From positions 43,286 through 107,285 of the forward strand of contig CAZBQX010000001.1 in the NCBI GenBank assembly GCA_964494155.1: DNA of 64,000 nucleotides, read 5' to 3'. This document shows, piece by piece, positions 21,902-34,443 of the stretch. Every line of letters starts with the position of its first letter. Within the stretch, counting starts at the first letter, position 1. The DNA comes from an uncultured Syntrophales bacterium. GTDB taxonomy: Bacteria; Desulfobacterota; Syntrophia; Syntrophales; JAAYKM01. The translations under genes and the position numbers were made by a program. Below the pieces are notes generated by a model. It was not told the DNA's origin. It did not search any database and saw nothing but the letters and a program-made list of their open reading frames with translations.

Positions 21902-22184
21902 CGCTGATCTTTGTTTCTTCTATGGTCCTGACTTCCCTTCTCAGATCGCGAATGGTTTTATTCAAGTGAGCAATGGTGCGGCTCAAACGAAAACGCTCCA
22001 CGATTCCCATGCAGCCCATAAAAACAATCCCGATCAGACAGGAAATGAAAATGAGCATATAAGTCGGCCATTCAATATAGAAAAAATCGTAATATTTCAA
22101 CTTGATGGGAATGGTATTTTCCAGGGAGAACGTAATAACGAAAAGGATGAGCAGCATGATCAGAATGGTATAGACGACTTTCAT
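21873..22184 (-). CDS. LapA-domain small inner-membrane protein
   Basis: Two TM helices followed by a basic coiled tail (RLSRTIAHLNKTIRDLRREV), 103 aa. Confidence 0.65.
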   Translation of the reverse strand: MKVVYTILIMLLILFVITFSLENTIPIKLKYYDFFYIEWPTYMLIFISCLIGIVFMGCMGIVERFRLSRTIAHLNKTIRDLRREVRTIEETKISDDKKPEEPF

Positions 22185-22185
22185 T

Positions 22186-22671
22186 TTAATCCTCCTGATA
22201 ATATTTCCTGAAAAAAGGAACCAATCTTTCCCAGGTCTTGATCAGATCATCCGGAATGACACGGACTTCGCCGATGATGGTCATAAAGTTTGTATCGCCT
22301 ATCCATCGTGGAACAACGTGGATATGCACATGGTCATCGACTCCCGCTCCCGCGGCTTTCCCCAGATTGATGCCGACATTGAACCCTTCCGGATGCATAC
22401 AATCCTCAAGAGATTTTACTGCAACATCGATCAATTGAAACATTTCCAGTTTTTCCTCCGGCGTCAGATCATCCAGTTTATAGACATGCCGGTATGGAAT
22501 AATCATCAAGTGACCGTTTATGTATGGATAAAGATTCAGCATGACATAGGCTGTTTTCCCTTCCAGCAGGATCAAGTCCTCCTGACGCAGGGATTCTTTG
22601 CAGAACACGCAACCATCGGGTTTGTCGGATTTGAGATAAGTCATTCTCCAGGGCGCGTAAATTGCTTTCAT
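22186..22671 (-). CDS. HIT family hydrolase
   Basis: Histidine triad DDHVHIHVVPR. Confidence 0.9.
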   Translation of the reverse strand: MKAIYAPWRMTYLKSDKPDGCVFCKESLRQEDLILLEGKTAYVMLNLYPYINGHLMIIPYRHVYKLDDLTPEEKLEMFQLIDVAVKSLEDCMHPEGFNVGINLGKAAGAGVDDHVHIHVVPRWIGDTNFMTIIGEVRVIPDDLIKTWERLVPFFRKYYQED

Positions 22672-22704
22672 ATCGCTTCCATCATTGCTTGGATTTAATC
22701 CTTT

Positions 22705-23202
22705 TCAGGTAATTTCCAAGATTTCAAATTCGATGCGGTCATTTATATCAATTATCCCGACCGTATTAAAGGGTAAATATCGATTATCCGTTGCGGATCC
22801 CGGATTAAATAGAATCATGCCGTCGTTTTTTGACATGGCGGGATCATGGGTATGCCCATGGATCAGGCAGTCAACATGGCCGAAAAATTTTACGACTTTT
22901 TCGGTTAGATTGGTCGTCATCCCCCAGCCCTTGACTTTATTGATATCATGGATCAGGGCAAAACGGAATCCGTTGACTTCAAAGACCATCTTTTCGGGGT
23001 AAAGCTTATGCAGAGCAAGGGGATCCATGTTGCCGCAGACGACTTTTAATTCTCTGTCGCCGAACATGTCCAGCGCAACAGGCGAAACCACATCACCGGC
23101 ATGAATAATCAAATCCACATCTTTGAACACCTCGGCAAAGATTCCGGCAAAACGCTTATCATAACCATACAGATGGGTATCCGAAATAACACCTGCTTTC
23201 AA
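22705..23202 (-). CDS. YfcE/MJ0936-type metallophosphoesterase
   Basis: GVISDTHL, IHAGD and HGHTH metal motifs. A probable TTG start at 23202 (MKAGVISDTH), 7 nt after GGAGG, shortens the tracked ORF start at 23250. Confidence 0.8.
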   Translation of the reverse strand: MKAGVISDTHLYGYDKRFAGIFAEVFKDVDLIIHAGDVVSPVALDMFGDRELKVVCGNMDPLALHKLYPEKMVFEVNGFRFALIHDINKVKGWGMTTNLTEKVVKFFGHVDCLIHGHTHDPAMSKNDGMILFNPGSATDNRYLPFNTVGIIDINDRIEFEILEIT

Positions 23203-23360
23203 AACCCCAACCTCCCCGATAAGGGCTGCGATTATATCGACATGAACCAAAAATACAAGCTTTTTATCCTCTTAACCTGTCTATTAACCAGCCGGATAAT
23301 ATTTGACAATAATCATTGGTCTGGGTATTAATGAGCATCATTTCTCTGAGGCAGACAATC

Positions 23361-25935
<2,575 letters not shown>

Positions 25936-25957
25936 AATGACCTTTTCGATAATCCGC

Positions 25958-27139
25958 TTATCGGTATTCTTTGAGAGTTTCCGCAAAACCATCCATAGCC
26001 CGGGTGATCGTCTCGTCATCAACACAGAAAGCGATACGGATGTAACCGGGACCACCGAAACCGCGACCGGGCACTGTCAGAATCCGCCGTTTTTGTAAAG
26101 CCCGCACGAACGCCACATCATCTTCGATGGGCGATTTCATGAAAAGGTAAAATGTTGCATCCGGCTTGGTTATTTCATACCCGCCTGTGATCAGACCGTC
26201 GCATAGGAGGTCTCTCTTCCTGTGGTACTGTTCGACATCGACATGAATGCCCTGCATACGCATGATGATTCGTTGCATGATGGCCGGGGCGTTGACAAAA
26301 CCCAGCACCCGGTTATAGAGCATGAGACCGTCCATCAATTCCTTGTAGTCCCCGATTTTGGGATTAATGGCCAGATATCCAATCCTCTCGCCGGGAATGG
26401 ACAGGGTCTTGGAATAGGACGAAGCGGAAATGCTGTGCGGATAAGCGCCTAAAATACTGGGCACCTTGATTCCGTCAAAAACGATTTCCCGGTATGGTTC
26501 ATCGGCCATCATATAGATCGGCTGCCCGTATACCTGGCCCTTCTTTGTCAGCACATCGGCCAGTTGTGCAATGGAAGCGGCATCATAAACTTTACCCGTT
26601 GGATTGTTCGGTGAATTCAGCAGTACCACCTTGGTTTTTGAGGTAATAGCGTTGGCAATGGCGTCGATATCAAGGGAAAAATCCTCTTTCGTCGGGACCA
26701 AGATCATCTTGCCGTTGGCATTATCGATATAGAAGCGGTATTCCATAAAAAACGGAGACGGCACAATGACTTCGTCTTCCGGATCAAGGATGACTTTCAA
26801 GGCAACATTCAGTGCACCGGCGGCACCGCACGTCATGATGATCTGCTCCTTGGCCAGCTCAACACCCTGGTCCTTGTTGATATACTCCGCAACCGCTTCC
26901 CGGGTATCGTCATATCCGGCATTGGACATGTATCCGTGAATACCGGGTGAATCTGCGGTCACGACATCCTGCAGGATCTGACGGAACTGCTCCGGCGGGG
27001 GCACATTGGGATTTCCCAAGGTAAAATCAAAAACGTTTTCTGCACCGTATTCCTTTTTGAGCAGGACGCCCTCCTCAAACATCTTCCGGATCCAGGAAGC
27101 CTGCGAGACAAAATCATGAATTTTCTTGGCGACGGCCAT
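25958..27139 (-). CDS. Class I/II PLP-dependent aminotransferase
   Basis: Fold-type I aminotransferase layout (LNSPNNPTGKVY, SYSKTLSIPGERIGY). ATG at 27139 preceded by GGGGGA. Confidence 0.85.
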   Translation of the reverse strand: MAVAKKIHDFVSQASWIRKMFEEGVLLKKEYGAENVFDFTLGNPNVPPPEQFRQILQDVVTADSPGIHGYMSNAGYDDTREAVAEYINKDQGVELAKEQIIMTCGAAGALNVALKVILDPEDEVIVPSPFFMEYRFYIDNANGKMILVPTKEDFSLDIDAIANAITSKTKVVLLNSPNNPTGKVYDAASIAQLADVLTKKGQVYGQPIYMMADEPYREIVFDGIKVPSILGAYPHSISASSYSKTLSIPGERIGYLAINPKIGDYKELMDGLMLYNRVLGFVNAPAIMQRIIMRMQGIHVDVEQYHRKRDLLCDGLITGGYEITKPDATFYLFMKSPIEDDVAFVRALQKRRILTVPGRGFGGPGYIRIAFCVDDETITRAMDGFAETLKEYR

Positions 27140-27345
27140 GTTATCCCCCAATCATATTGACTTGTTATTGCTTGATCAGTGCGAAGGGAAACTACTTTAT
27201 TTCAATTCATGAGGTCAAGTTTTATTTGGCGGCAGGAAAATGGATATTTTTCAACTTTGCGGATCAAATTGACTCCACGGCAATTTGGCGTTATAAATTG
27301 AATCAATTATTTCCATCAACCATCAACGTAATGTGAGGTATGCCT

Positions 27346-28155
27346 ATGAAAAGACAATCCTATACACTGTTTTGCTTTCTTCTTTACCTGCTGTTTCTGT
27401 TTTCTTGCTCGACTGTGCCTGTGACCGGCCGATCACAGTTGAATTTGATTCCCAATGAGTCGATGCTGTCGATGAGTTATCAGCAGTACGACCAGTTTCT
27501 GAAAGACAACAAACTCAGCACCAATACCGCGGAAGTGGAGCGGGTCAAGCGGGTGGGAAAAAATATTGAAATGGCTGTCAATCAGTACTTCTCACAAAGG
27601 AACATGACGCACCAATTGAAGGACTATAAATGGGAATATAACCTGGTTGAATCAAAAGACATCAACGCCTGGTGCATGCCGGGTGGAAAAGTCGTTATTT
27701 ATACGGGTATTCTTCCCATCACGCAGGATGACACCGGTTTGGCCGTGGTGATGGGACATGAAATCGGCCATGCGATTGCCCAGCATGGAAACGAACGCAT
27801 GTCACAGCAGCTTGCGGTCCAGCTCGGCGGGGTGGCGCTGGCCACCGCCCTGGCGACGAAACCGGCGCAGACACAGCAGCTTTGGATGGCGGCCTTCGGT
27901 CTGGGGTCCTCGGTTGGAATTCTGTTGCCTTACAGCCGTCTTCAAGAAAACGAGGCGGACCGCCTCGGGTTAACATTTATGGCGATGGCCGGTTATGATC
28001 CGAGGAAATCGGTCGATTTCTGGGAAAGAATGTCCAAAGCAAAGACCGGTCAGGCGCCGCCGGAATTTCTCAGCACCCATCCTTCCGACCAAACCCGCAT
28101 CCAGAAGATTAAAGCCATCATTCCGGAAGTCATGCCGTACTACAAGGGCAATTAA
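27346..28155 (+). CDS. M48 family zinc metallopeptidase, lipoprotein
   Basis: HEIGHAIAQH zinc motif and lipobox LFSC. The start could be 27340 or 27346. Confidence 0.8.
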   Translation: MKRQSYTLFCFLLYLLFLFSCSTVPVTGRSQLNLIPNESMLSMSYQQYDQFLKDNKLSTNTAEVERVKRVGKNIEMAVNQYFSQRNMTHQLKDYKWEYNLVESKDINAWCMPGGKVVIYTGILPITQDDTGLAVVMGHEIGHAIAQHGNERMSQQLAVQLGGVALATALATKPAQTQQLWMAAFGLGSSVGILLPYSRLQENEADRLGLTFMAMAGYDPRKSVDFWERMSKAKTGQAPPEFLSTHPSDQTRIQKIKAIIPEVMPYYKGN

Positions 28156-28164
28156 TTTCCTATT

Positions 28165-28195
28165 CCATCTCGTCTGAAAATCTCAGACGAGATGG
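28165..28195. terminator. Bidirectional intrinsic terminator hairpin between convergent genes
   Basis: Perfect 13-bp stem CCATCTCGTCTGA / TCAGACGAGATGG with a 5-nt loop. Confidence 0.7.
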
Positions 28196-28214
28196 GATTT
28201 ACGTTCTCAGCCGA

Positions 28215-29024
28215 TCAAATCTTATAGCGGTGCAGAACACGGCCGCCGGATATTTTGAGTCCGGCGCTGTGATAAAAACCGCCCTGCACTTCAATGGGCA
28301 TGAGACGCTGCAATTCTTCGTTAAATATGCCGGTGAATTTGATGTCCGCATCACCTCTCCAGATATGATCGACTTCCAAGCTGGCAATGCTCGTCGCAAT
28401 TTCGTGGACAACCGCCTGCTCAGGATTTTCGATACTCGGCATGTGACGCAGGAGAAAAAATTTTACTTTCGGCAAGGCAGCCCGCTCCGCTTTCTCTTTC
28501 AAGATCAGGGACCCCTCTACAACCCGTTCACCACATGATTCACAGATGCCTTTCAGTTTAGCCCCCGCTTGACGACCGCCCACCAGCGGATTCATTTCAT
28601 GCAGCCGGGTCATGTATATGCGACCCAGCACCTTGGGAAATCCCTGGATGAAGCCTCGCATCAGCGTAAAATCATTATCTACCCATATAAATGGAACCAG
28701 ATAACCAACTTCACCATGGAAACTGCACTGCAGCAGGACGATGCATTCCTTGTAAATCGCCCTTTCCGGATTGCGGAAGGCCAGATCAGGGTCCGCTTCG
28801 CTGACGGATACCCATTCTACAAACCATATAATTCCGGCTCCGGGTTCCGGTCCCATTTCCAGGGGCGCCGGAATGAACTGTCGAGCCTGCCCGGGATCGG
28901 CTTTGAACAACAACTGCATCAGTTCTCCCCCGTAATACCAGGGGGGAGTCTGGACAAGGGATGATTTCCCTTCCGGAGTCAGAGGTAGGGTGTAACCTTT
29001 CAGGTTAAATGTTTTGTCTTGCAT
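28215..29024 (-). CDS. Acetoacetate decarboxylase (ADC) family protein
   Basis: The N-terminal pattern YTLPLTPEGKSSLVQTPPWYYGGELMQLLFKADP resembles the ADC/beta-cone family. ATG at 29024 after GAGG. The call rests on resemblance only. Confidence 0.6.
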   Translation of the reverse strand: MQDKTFNLKGYTLPLTPEGKSSLVQTPPWYYGGELMQLLFKADPGQARQFIPAPLEMGPEPGAGIIWFVEWVSVSEADPDLAFRNPERAIYKECIVLLQCSFHGEVGYLVPFIWVDNDFTLMRGFIQGFPKVLGRIYMTRLHEMNPLVGGRQAGAKLKGICESCGERVVEGSLILKEKAERAALPKVKFFLLRHMPSIENPEQAVVHEIATSIASLEVDHIWRGDADIKFTGIFNEELQRLMPIEVQGGFYHSAGLKISGGRVLHRYKI

Positions 29025-29131
29025 AGGGCCTCTCATCACTGTGTATTTGCTTGAAAGCTATAAAAGATGTTGAAAATACGTGTCAAGACATTATGTGCAA
29101 ATTTAAGACGGCAAAGATTCTCACGGAAATC

Positions 29132-31303
29132 TTATTTTTTTGTCATGACCCATGTGCCGTCCCAAGATTGGGGTTTTTCCATCCTTAATTCCCCACATTT
29201 TTGGACATATGCCCTAGCAGGTGCGTCCTGGTCTTGAATTTTCATAAAATTATCCGCCGCCCCGACAAAATCTCCCCGGTAATAGGCCTGTAAGCCTTTC
29301 GCGAAAAGATCGAACGTATCTTTCCGGGCGATGTAATCTTCTGCAAACATGGGTTCGTAAACCGTGACGGCCTCCTTTTTCCCTATCACGAGGACCCGGG
29401 AAAGCTCGCGGGCAGGAAAGGCATCACCTATTTCGTCCCGGGTTGCCTGGGAAATCATGGTATAAGAACCGAATTCCTTGTTAATCCCTTCCAGTCGGGA
29501 AGCTAAATTTACGGCATCGCCCATCATGGTGTAATCGAAACGTGATTTCGAACCCATATTGCCGACAACCACTGCTCCCGTGTTGATGCCGATCCGCATT
29601 TTAAGGTCGCGCTGGATTTTCTCACGGAAGTGACTTCTCATCTCCGCCAGTTTCTGCTGGCATCGCAAAGCGGCTCTGACACAGCGCACGGCATGGTCTG
29701 CCTGCAAAAGGGGCGCATTCCAGAACGCAATAATGGCGTCTCCCTCGTATTTGTCGACCGTTCCCCCTTCTTCATGGATAATCTCGGTCATCGCCGAGAG
29801 ATATTCGTTCAAGACCGCGGTCAACTCCTCCGGAGACAATTTTTCGGAAATACTGGTAAATCCTTCCAAATCAGAAAAAAAGATCGACAACCGACGTCTT
29901 TCACCGCCCAGCTTCAATCTGTCCGGATTTTGAATCAACTCCTCGATCACCGCCGGACTTAAATATTGTTGAAAAGCATTCTTGATGAATCGTTTCTGCC
30001 GTCCTTCCGTGTTGTAATAAACCAGCCCGGCGCTGAACAGGGTCAGGATGACTGCCGTTTCGGGTACCACAAGAGGCAGCCAATAGCCGTTTTCATATGC
30101 AACGGCACACAGAACAAAGGGCAACAGCAAAGCAAAACAATATATTCCCGCGGTTTTGAAGATATGAGAAACCAGAGATGAGGATATACCGGCAAACAAG
30201 GCCAGTAAAAGCGTCACAAACAACAAAACACCCCGCGATGAGTCTTGAATGAATGATTCGGAAAGGATGTTTTCCAGCATGGTGGCGTGAATCATCACGC
30301 CGGGGTAGATACCGGACAGGGGTATCGAACGCAAATCAAGTAATCCGGGGGCGGAGAAGCCAAAAAAAACGTAGCTATCGCTGAATTCATCCGGGTTGAC
30401 GGTGGGTTTCTCACCCTCCTGTATCTTCAACTCACTTTGAATAATCGAAGCGGCGCTGTATGGATGCTTCAATGTTCCAAGTCTTTTAAAACAGAGAATC
30501 GCCCTGCCCTGCTGATCGAAGTGGATTTTCGCTTTATCAATTCGCAGGGCATCCTGGTCGATCTGCACACGCTTCTCGGGATGAGCGGTCAAAAAGACCC
30601 CCAGACCCAACGCCGGCACCCATTGCCCGGAAAAATAATGAAAAAGAGGCACCCTGCGGTAAACGCCATCCGTATCCGGATCGATATGCACATTGGCAAG
30701 GGAGAAAACATGACGGGCTATTTCGGGAACGGGATAAGAGGCACGCTGATAGGTCATTTTCTCTTGAAAAGCGGGATATCGCTCTGCGTTTACAGGATGG
30801 ACGGAAAAGGGATTCTTCGGGGCGAACGGCGGCCATGCTGAAAACTCTCCCGTTTTTTCACCCAGAAATATGGCGCCGGTGTACCTTTGGAAATCCCGAA
30901 TCGACCCTCCAAATGCCAGGTCATCTTCAACCCCGTATTTCGACGGCTCCGTAAAAAGAACATCAAAACCAACGGCTTTCACACCGCTGCGCCGGCAAAA
31001 ATCGATAATCTTGCCATAAACCTCTCGAGGCCATGGCCATGCAAGATCATTGACCTGTTTTCCCCAATCCAGGCTGTCCTGGTCGAGAAGAATAACGCGA
31101 ATTTTATTATCGGAAACCCGTGCCGGAAATACATCCGCCAGTAAATTCACACGCCAATCCCAACTTTTGAGTTCCCAGAGATCCAGCCAACCGGGTAACC
31201 ACAGGGACAGGGTCAATACCAAGCCGACGAAAGCAGCCAGGATGCCCTGGATCAGACGGCGCATACCCGGCCATTTCATGATGGTTTGCATGAATGATTT
31301 CAT
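29132..31303 (-). CDS. CHASE2 sensor domain class III adenylate/guanylate cyclase
   Basis: N-terminal TM segment, a large periplasmic region, a TM cluster, and a cyclase core (RRLSIFFSDLEGFTSISE...YEGDAIIAFWNAP...GINTG). The ATG at 31303 overlaps the upstream stop codon. Confidence 0.85.
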   Translation of the reverse strand: MKSFMQTIMKWPGMRRLIQGILAAFVGLVLTLSLWLPGWLDLWELKSWDWRVNLLADVFPARVSDNKIRVILLDQDSLDWGKQVNDLAWPWPREVYGKIIDFCRRSGVKAVGFDVLFTEPSKYGVEDDLAFGGSIRDFQRYTGAIFLGEKTGEFSAWPPFAPKNPFSVHPVNAERYPAFQEKMTYQRASYPVPEIARHVFSLANVHIDPDTDGVYRRVPLFHYFSGQWVPALGLGVFLTAHPEKRVQIDQDALRIDKAKIHFDQQGRAILCFKRLGTLKHPYSAASIIQSELKIQEGEKPTVNPDEFSDSYVFFGFSAPGLLDLRSIPLSGIYPGVMIHATMLENILSESFIQDSSRGVLLFVTLLLALFAGISSSLVSHIFKTAGIYCFALLLPFVLCAVAYENGYWLPLVVPETAVILTLFSAGLVYYNTEGRQKRFIKNAFQQYLSPAVIEELIQNPDRLKLGGERRRLSIFFSDLEGFTSISEKLSPEELTAVLNEYLSAMTEIIHEEGGTVDKYEGDAIIAFWNAPLLQADHAVRCVRAALRCQQKLAEMRSHFREKIQRDLKMRIGINTGAVVVGNMGSKSRFDYTMMGDAVNLASRLEGINKEFGSYTMISQATRDEIGDAFPARELSRVLVIGKKEAVTVYEPMFAEDYIARKDTFDLFAKGLQAYYRGDFVGAADNFMKIQDQDAPARAYVQKCGELRMEKPQSWDGTWVMTKK

Positions 31304-32238
31304 CAAAGGTTATTCTTTGCCTGCTCCAAAAATCTTTTCTGCCGGGCCGAGTTGATCGTATACAGACCACTCACTGAATAGGATCTCGATATTTCGGCAA
31401 TTCTGCGCTCCGGTTTCGGATGCGTTTTATTAAAGTCGTGTTTATCCGGCGTAAATCGCTGCCGCATGCTCTGCAGAACACTGATCAAAGCTCCCTGACT
31501 GTAACCGAGCTTTCCCAGAATGACCATGGCCCCCTGATCGGCTCTGAATTCCTGGCTTTGCGAATAGCCGTTGGTAATAAGGGTCGTGGTAATATCCTTG
31601 ATTGACCCTTCAAATAGATCTGTCAGCTCTTGATTGTCCCGCAGTTGATCTTGCAGCGCCTCCTCAAGAATTGCCGTCAAGAAATGATTCACCCTCTCTT
31701 GACGAATGGCTTGCAGACCGTGTTTGAATTGGACGTGGGCAATTTCATGGGCAATGACCGCGGCAATTTCATCTTCCGTTTTACAGCAGCGCAGCAGTCC
31801 CTTCGTCAGAAAAATTAATCCTCCCGGTGCGGCAAAAGCATTGATTTCGTCCGAATCAAGAACAAGGACGTGGTAACCGCCAAAAGTCTCGGGGCGCGTG
31901 GAAACCAAGGAACAGGCTTTCCCAATTAAATTGAGGTAATATGTTAACTGCTGATTATCATAAGGCTTATACTGCGACAGGATATTTGCGGCGACCGATC
32001 GGCCCAGATAATATTCCTGTTCCGGTGTTATATCCTCAAATGTTTTGGATAGGCTATCCACGGTCTTTTTAATATTTCCGGCCTCTTGTTCGTCAATTTT
32101 GCCCGACATGACGCCAATCTGTGTTGCCACTTCCGCGACAGGCTGTACCGTTTCACAGGAAAAAAGGTACAGGCATAAGACAATCAGCAGTGCCGAAATA
32201 AAAGCGTTTCTATTCCATATCAGCTTGTGTTTATTCAT
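31303..32238 (-). CDS. M48 family metallopeptidase, lipoprotein
   Basis: HEIAHVQFKH motif and lipobox LFSC. ATG at 32238, 5 nt after GGAGGT. Overlaps both neighbours. Confidence 0.8.
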   Translation of the reverse strand: MNKHKLIWNRNAFISALLIVLCLYLFSCETVQPVAEVATQIGVMSGKIDEQEAGNIKKTVDSLSKTFEDITPEQEYYLGRSVAANILSQYKPYDNQQLTYYLNLIGKACSLVSTRPETFGGYHVLVLDSDEINAFAAPGGLIFLTKGLLRCCKTEDEIAAVIAHEIAHVQFKHGLQAIRQERVNHFLTAILEEALQDQLRDNQELTDLFEGSIKDITTTLITNGYSQSQEFRADQGAMVILGKLGYSQGALISVLQSMRQRFTPDKHDFNKTHPKPERRIAEISRSYSVSGLYTINSARQKRFLEQAKNNL

Positions 32239-32746
32239 CTGTACCTCCATTTTCGAGGGACAAACTTCCATTGATCACGAATTTCTCCAATTCCTCGATG
32301 TCGGGAGATATTTTTTCCATTTTATCCACCCATGCATAATCCAAATTCTGATGATCTAAAGCGTATTCCCCCTCGATTTTCTGGTTAAATCCTTTGCCGG
32401 CAAGGGCAACCTCTTGGGCTGAAGACTGCCCTGACTTCGCTCGACCGCCGGATTTCAGGATTACTCTTACCGGCGACAGGGCTGACCCGTGCATCCAACC
32501 CTCGGTCTTGTCGGCAATGTTTCTCTTGACCTTCATCCATCCCTTTTTTTCAGTCAGGACGGTTACTTTTTCGCCGTATGCAGGCCTTGCCATAATTTTA
32601 GCCAGAAATGAAGGCGCGGAGCGAATCTGCGCCTGTTTGACCTGAACGATCATGTTTTTCTGGGCCTGAACCGGGGTTATCAGCATCAGGGTCGCCGTGC
32701 ACAGAACAAATACAAAAACCATTAAAATAGACTTGGCAGGTATCAT
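32231..32746 (-). CDS. Secreted SH3b-like domain protein
   Basis: Signal peptide followed by an SH3b-like segment (VKQAQIRSAPSFLAKIMARPAYGEKVTVLTEKKGWMKVK...EGWMHGSAL). Confidence 0.6.
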   Translation of the reverse strand: MIPAKSILMVFVFVLCTATLMLITPVQAQKNMIVQVKQAQIRSAPSFLAKIMARPAYGEKVTVLTEKKGWMKVKRNIADKTEGWMHGSALSPVRVILKSGGRAKSGQSSAQEVALAGKGFNQKIEGEYALDHQNLDYAWVDKMEKISPDIEELEKFVINGSLSLENGGTDE

Positions 32747-32949
32747 AATTTTTACTCCTGAATTCTCATCATAGACTTCTATTTCTCTTGACGAACCACC
32801 ACAAAAAGATTAACTAGTCGCTATATTGTTTGCCGGAGTGAATGAAGACCAATACCATTACATTACTATAAATCATGCCGTATTTTTTCTATACTACCAC
32901 ATCTTACTCATGATTCAACTTTTCCTTCATCCTTGCCTGTGATGATTAT

Positions 32950-34200
32950 ATGATCGATAAAAAATTGAAAGACCGAATATTTCACCGCATCGATAGCTAT
33001 ATCGATGACATGATCGATTTGCAGATCAGTTTAACCGCGATTCCCGCCCTTTCTCCAGATAACCAGGGCACCGGCGAAAAGGAAAAGGCCGATTTTCTAC
33101 GTCAATACCTCATTCAAGCCGGTTTTCCTGAGGTGTTAGAAATCAACGCTCCCGATCATCGGGTGCCCAGCGGCTATCGCCCCAACCTCCTTGTCCGTTG
33201 CCCCGGCAGGAATGCACATTGCAAGGTCTGGATCCTGACCCATACGGACATCGTTCCACCCGGCGAAATCGGTCTTTGGTGCGACGATCCCTATCGGGGC
33301 TATGTCAAGGATGGTTGTGTTTACGGCCGCGGGACGGAAGACAATCAACAGGACTTGGTCGCCTCGCTTTTTGCCGCCAAAGCTTTTCTGGATGAGGGAA
33401 TTGTACCTGAGAAGTCTATAGGTTTGGTCTTCGTTGCCGACGAAGAAACGTCAAGTCGCTGGGGGCTGGATTATGTCCTCCAGCATCCTCAAAATCCTTT
33501 TACGAAAGAAGATTGGATTGTCGTCCCGGATTCAGGCGAACCGGACGGCAGCGCCATTGAAATCGCGGAAAAGAGTATCCTCTGGCTTCGCTTCACCACA
33601 AAAGGTGTTCAGTGTCACGGCAGTCGACCCGCCCTGGGGAAAAACGCCTTTCTCGCCTCATCACACCTGATCGTCGCATTGCAGTCGCTTTATAAAAAAT
33701 ATCCTCGCCGGAACCGTCTTTTTAACCCACCGGAGAGCACGTTTCAACCGACCAGAAAGGAAACCAATTGCGCCAGCGTGAACACAATTCCTGGTGAAGA
33801 TATTTTTTTCATGGATTGCCGTGTCCTGCCAGAATACGATTTGGTTGACGTGATGCAGGAAATTCGCCGTCTTGCCGATTCTATCGCCGAACGCTTTCAG
33901 GTTACAATAGATATCCAACCCGTGCAGCATGTACAAGCACCCTCGCCGACACCCAAAAATGCGGCAATTGTTCAGGCCCTCACCAAAGCGATTAAAGATG
34001 TCTACCACGTCCGCGGGAAAGTCATTGGTGTCGGCGCCGGAACGGTGGCCGCTGTTTTTCGGAAGTATGGTTATGAAGCCGCTGTCTGGAGTAAGTTGCG
34101 ATACAAAGCGCACCAGCCGGATGAATCCTGTCTGATCAGCAACATGGTCGGCAATGCAAAGGTCTTTGCCCATCTGATGCTCCAAGGATCTACCCCATAG
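32950..34200 (+). CDS. M20 family metallohydrolase (ArgE/DapE/CPG2-like)
   Basis: HTDIVPPGE, GRGTEDNQQD and ADEETSS metal-ligand contexts. Confidence 0.85.
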   Translation: MIDKKLKDRIFHRIDSYIDDMIDLQISLTAIPALSPDNQGTGEKEKADFLRQYLIQAGFPEVLEINAPDHRVPSGYRPNLLVRCPGRNAHCKVWILTHTDIVPPGEIGLWCDDPYRGYVKDGCVYGRGTEDNQQDLVASLFAAKAFLDEGIVPEKSIGLVFVADEETSSRWGLDYVLQHPQNPFTKEDWIVVPDSGEPDGSAIEIAEKSILWLRFTTKGVQCHGSRPALGKNAFLASSHLIVALQSLYKKYPRRNRLFNPPESTFQPTRKETNCASVNTIPGEDIFFMDCRVLPEYDLVDVMQEIRRLADSIAERFQVTIDIQPVQHVQAPSPTPKNAAIVQALTKAIKDVYHVRGKVIGVGAGTVAAVFRKYGYEAAVWSKLRYKAHQPDESCLISNMVGNAKVFAHLMLQGSTP

Positions 34201-34443
34201 GCCACCGAAAAATCGATCGGAATAACACAATAAAACATAAGAATGATTGCAAACCACAAAACGCTGTTATAAAATTCGCACTTAAATATTTGATACAAAA
34301 AGATTTATATATCTTCACAGAAGGAGACCATCACCATCACGCCCATAAATGTCGCTGGATCGACAGCAACCGAGACCATCGATTTCAACAACAATCAAGA
34401 CTTAAAACTTCTGCTCGGTGAACACGACGCCAATATCAAGCTT

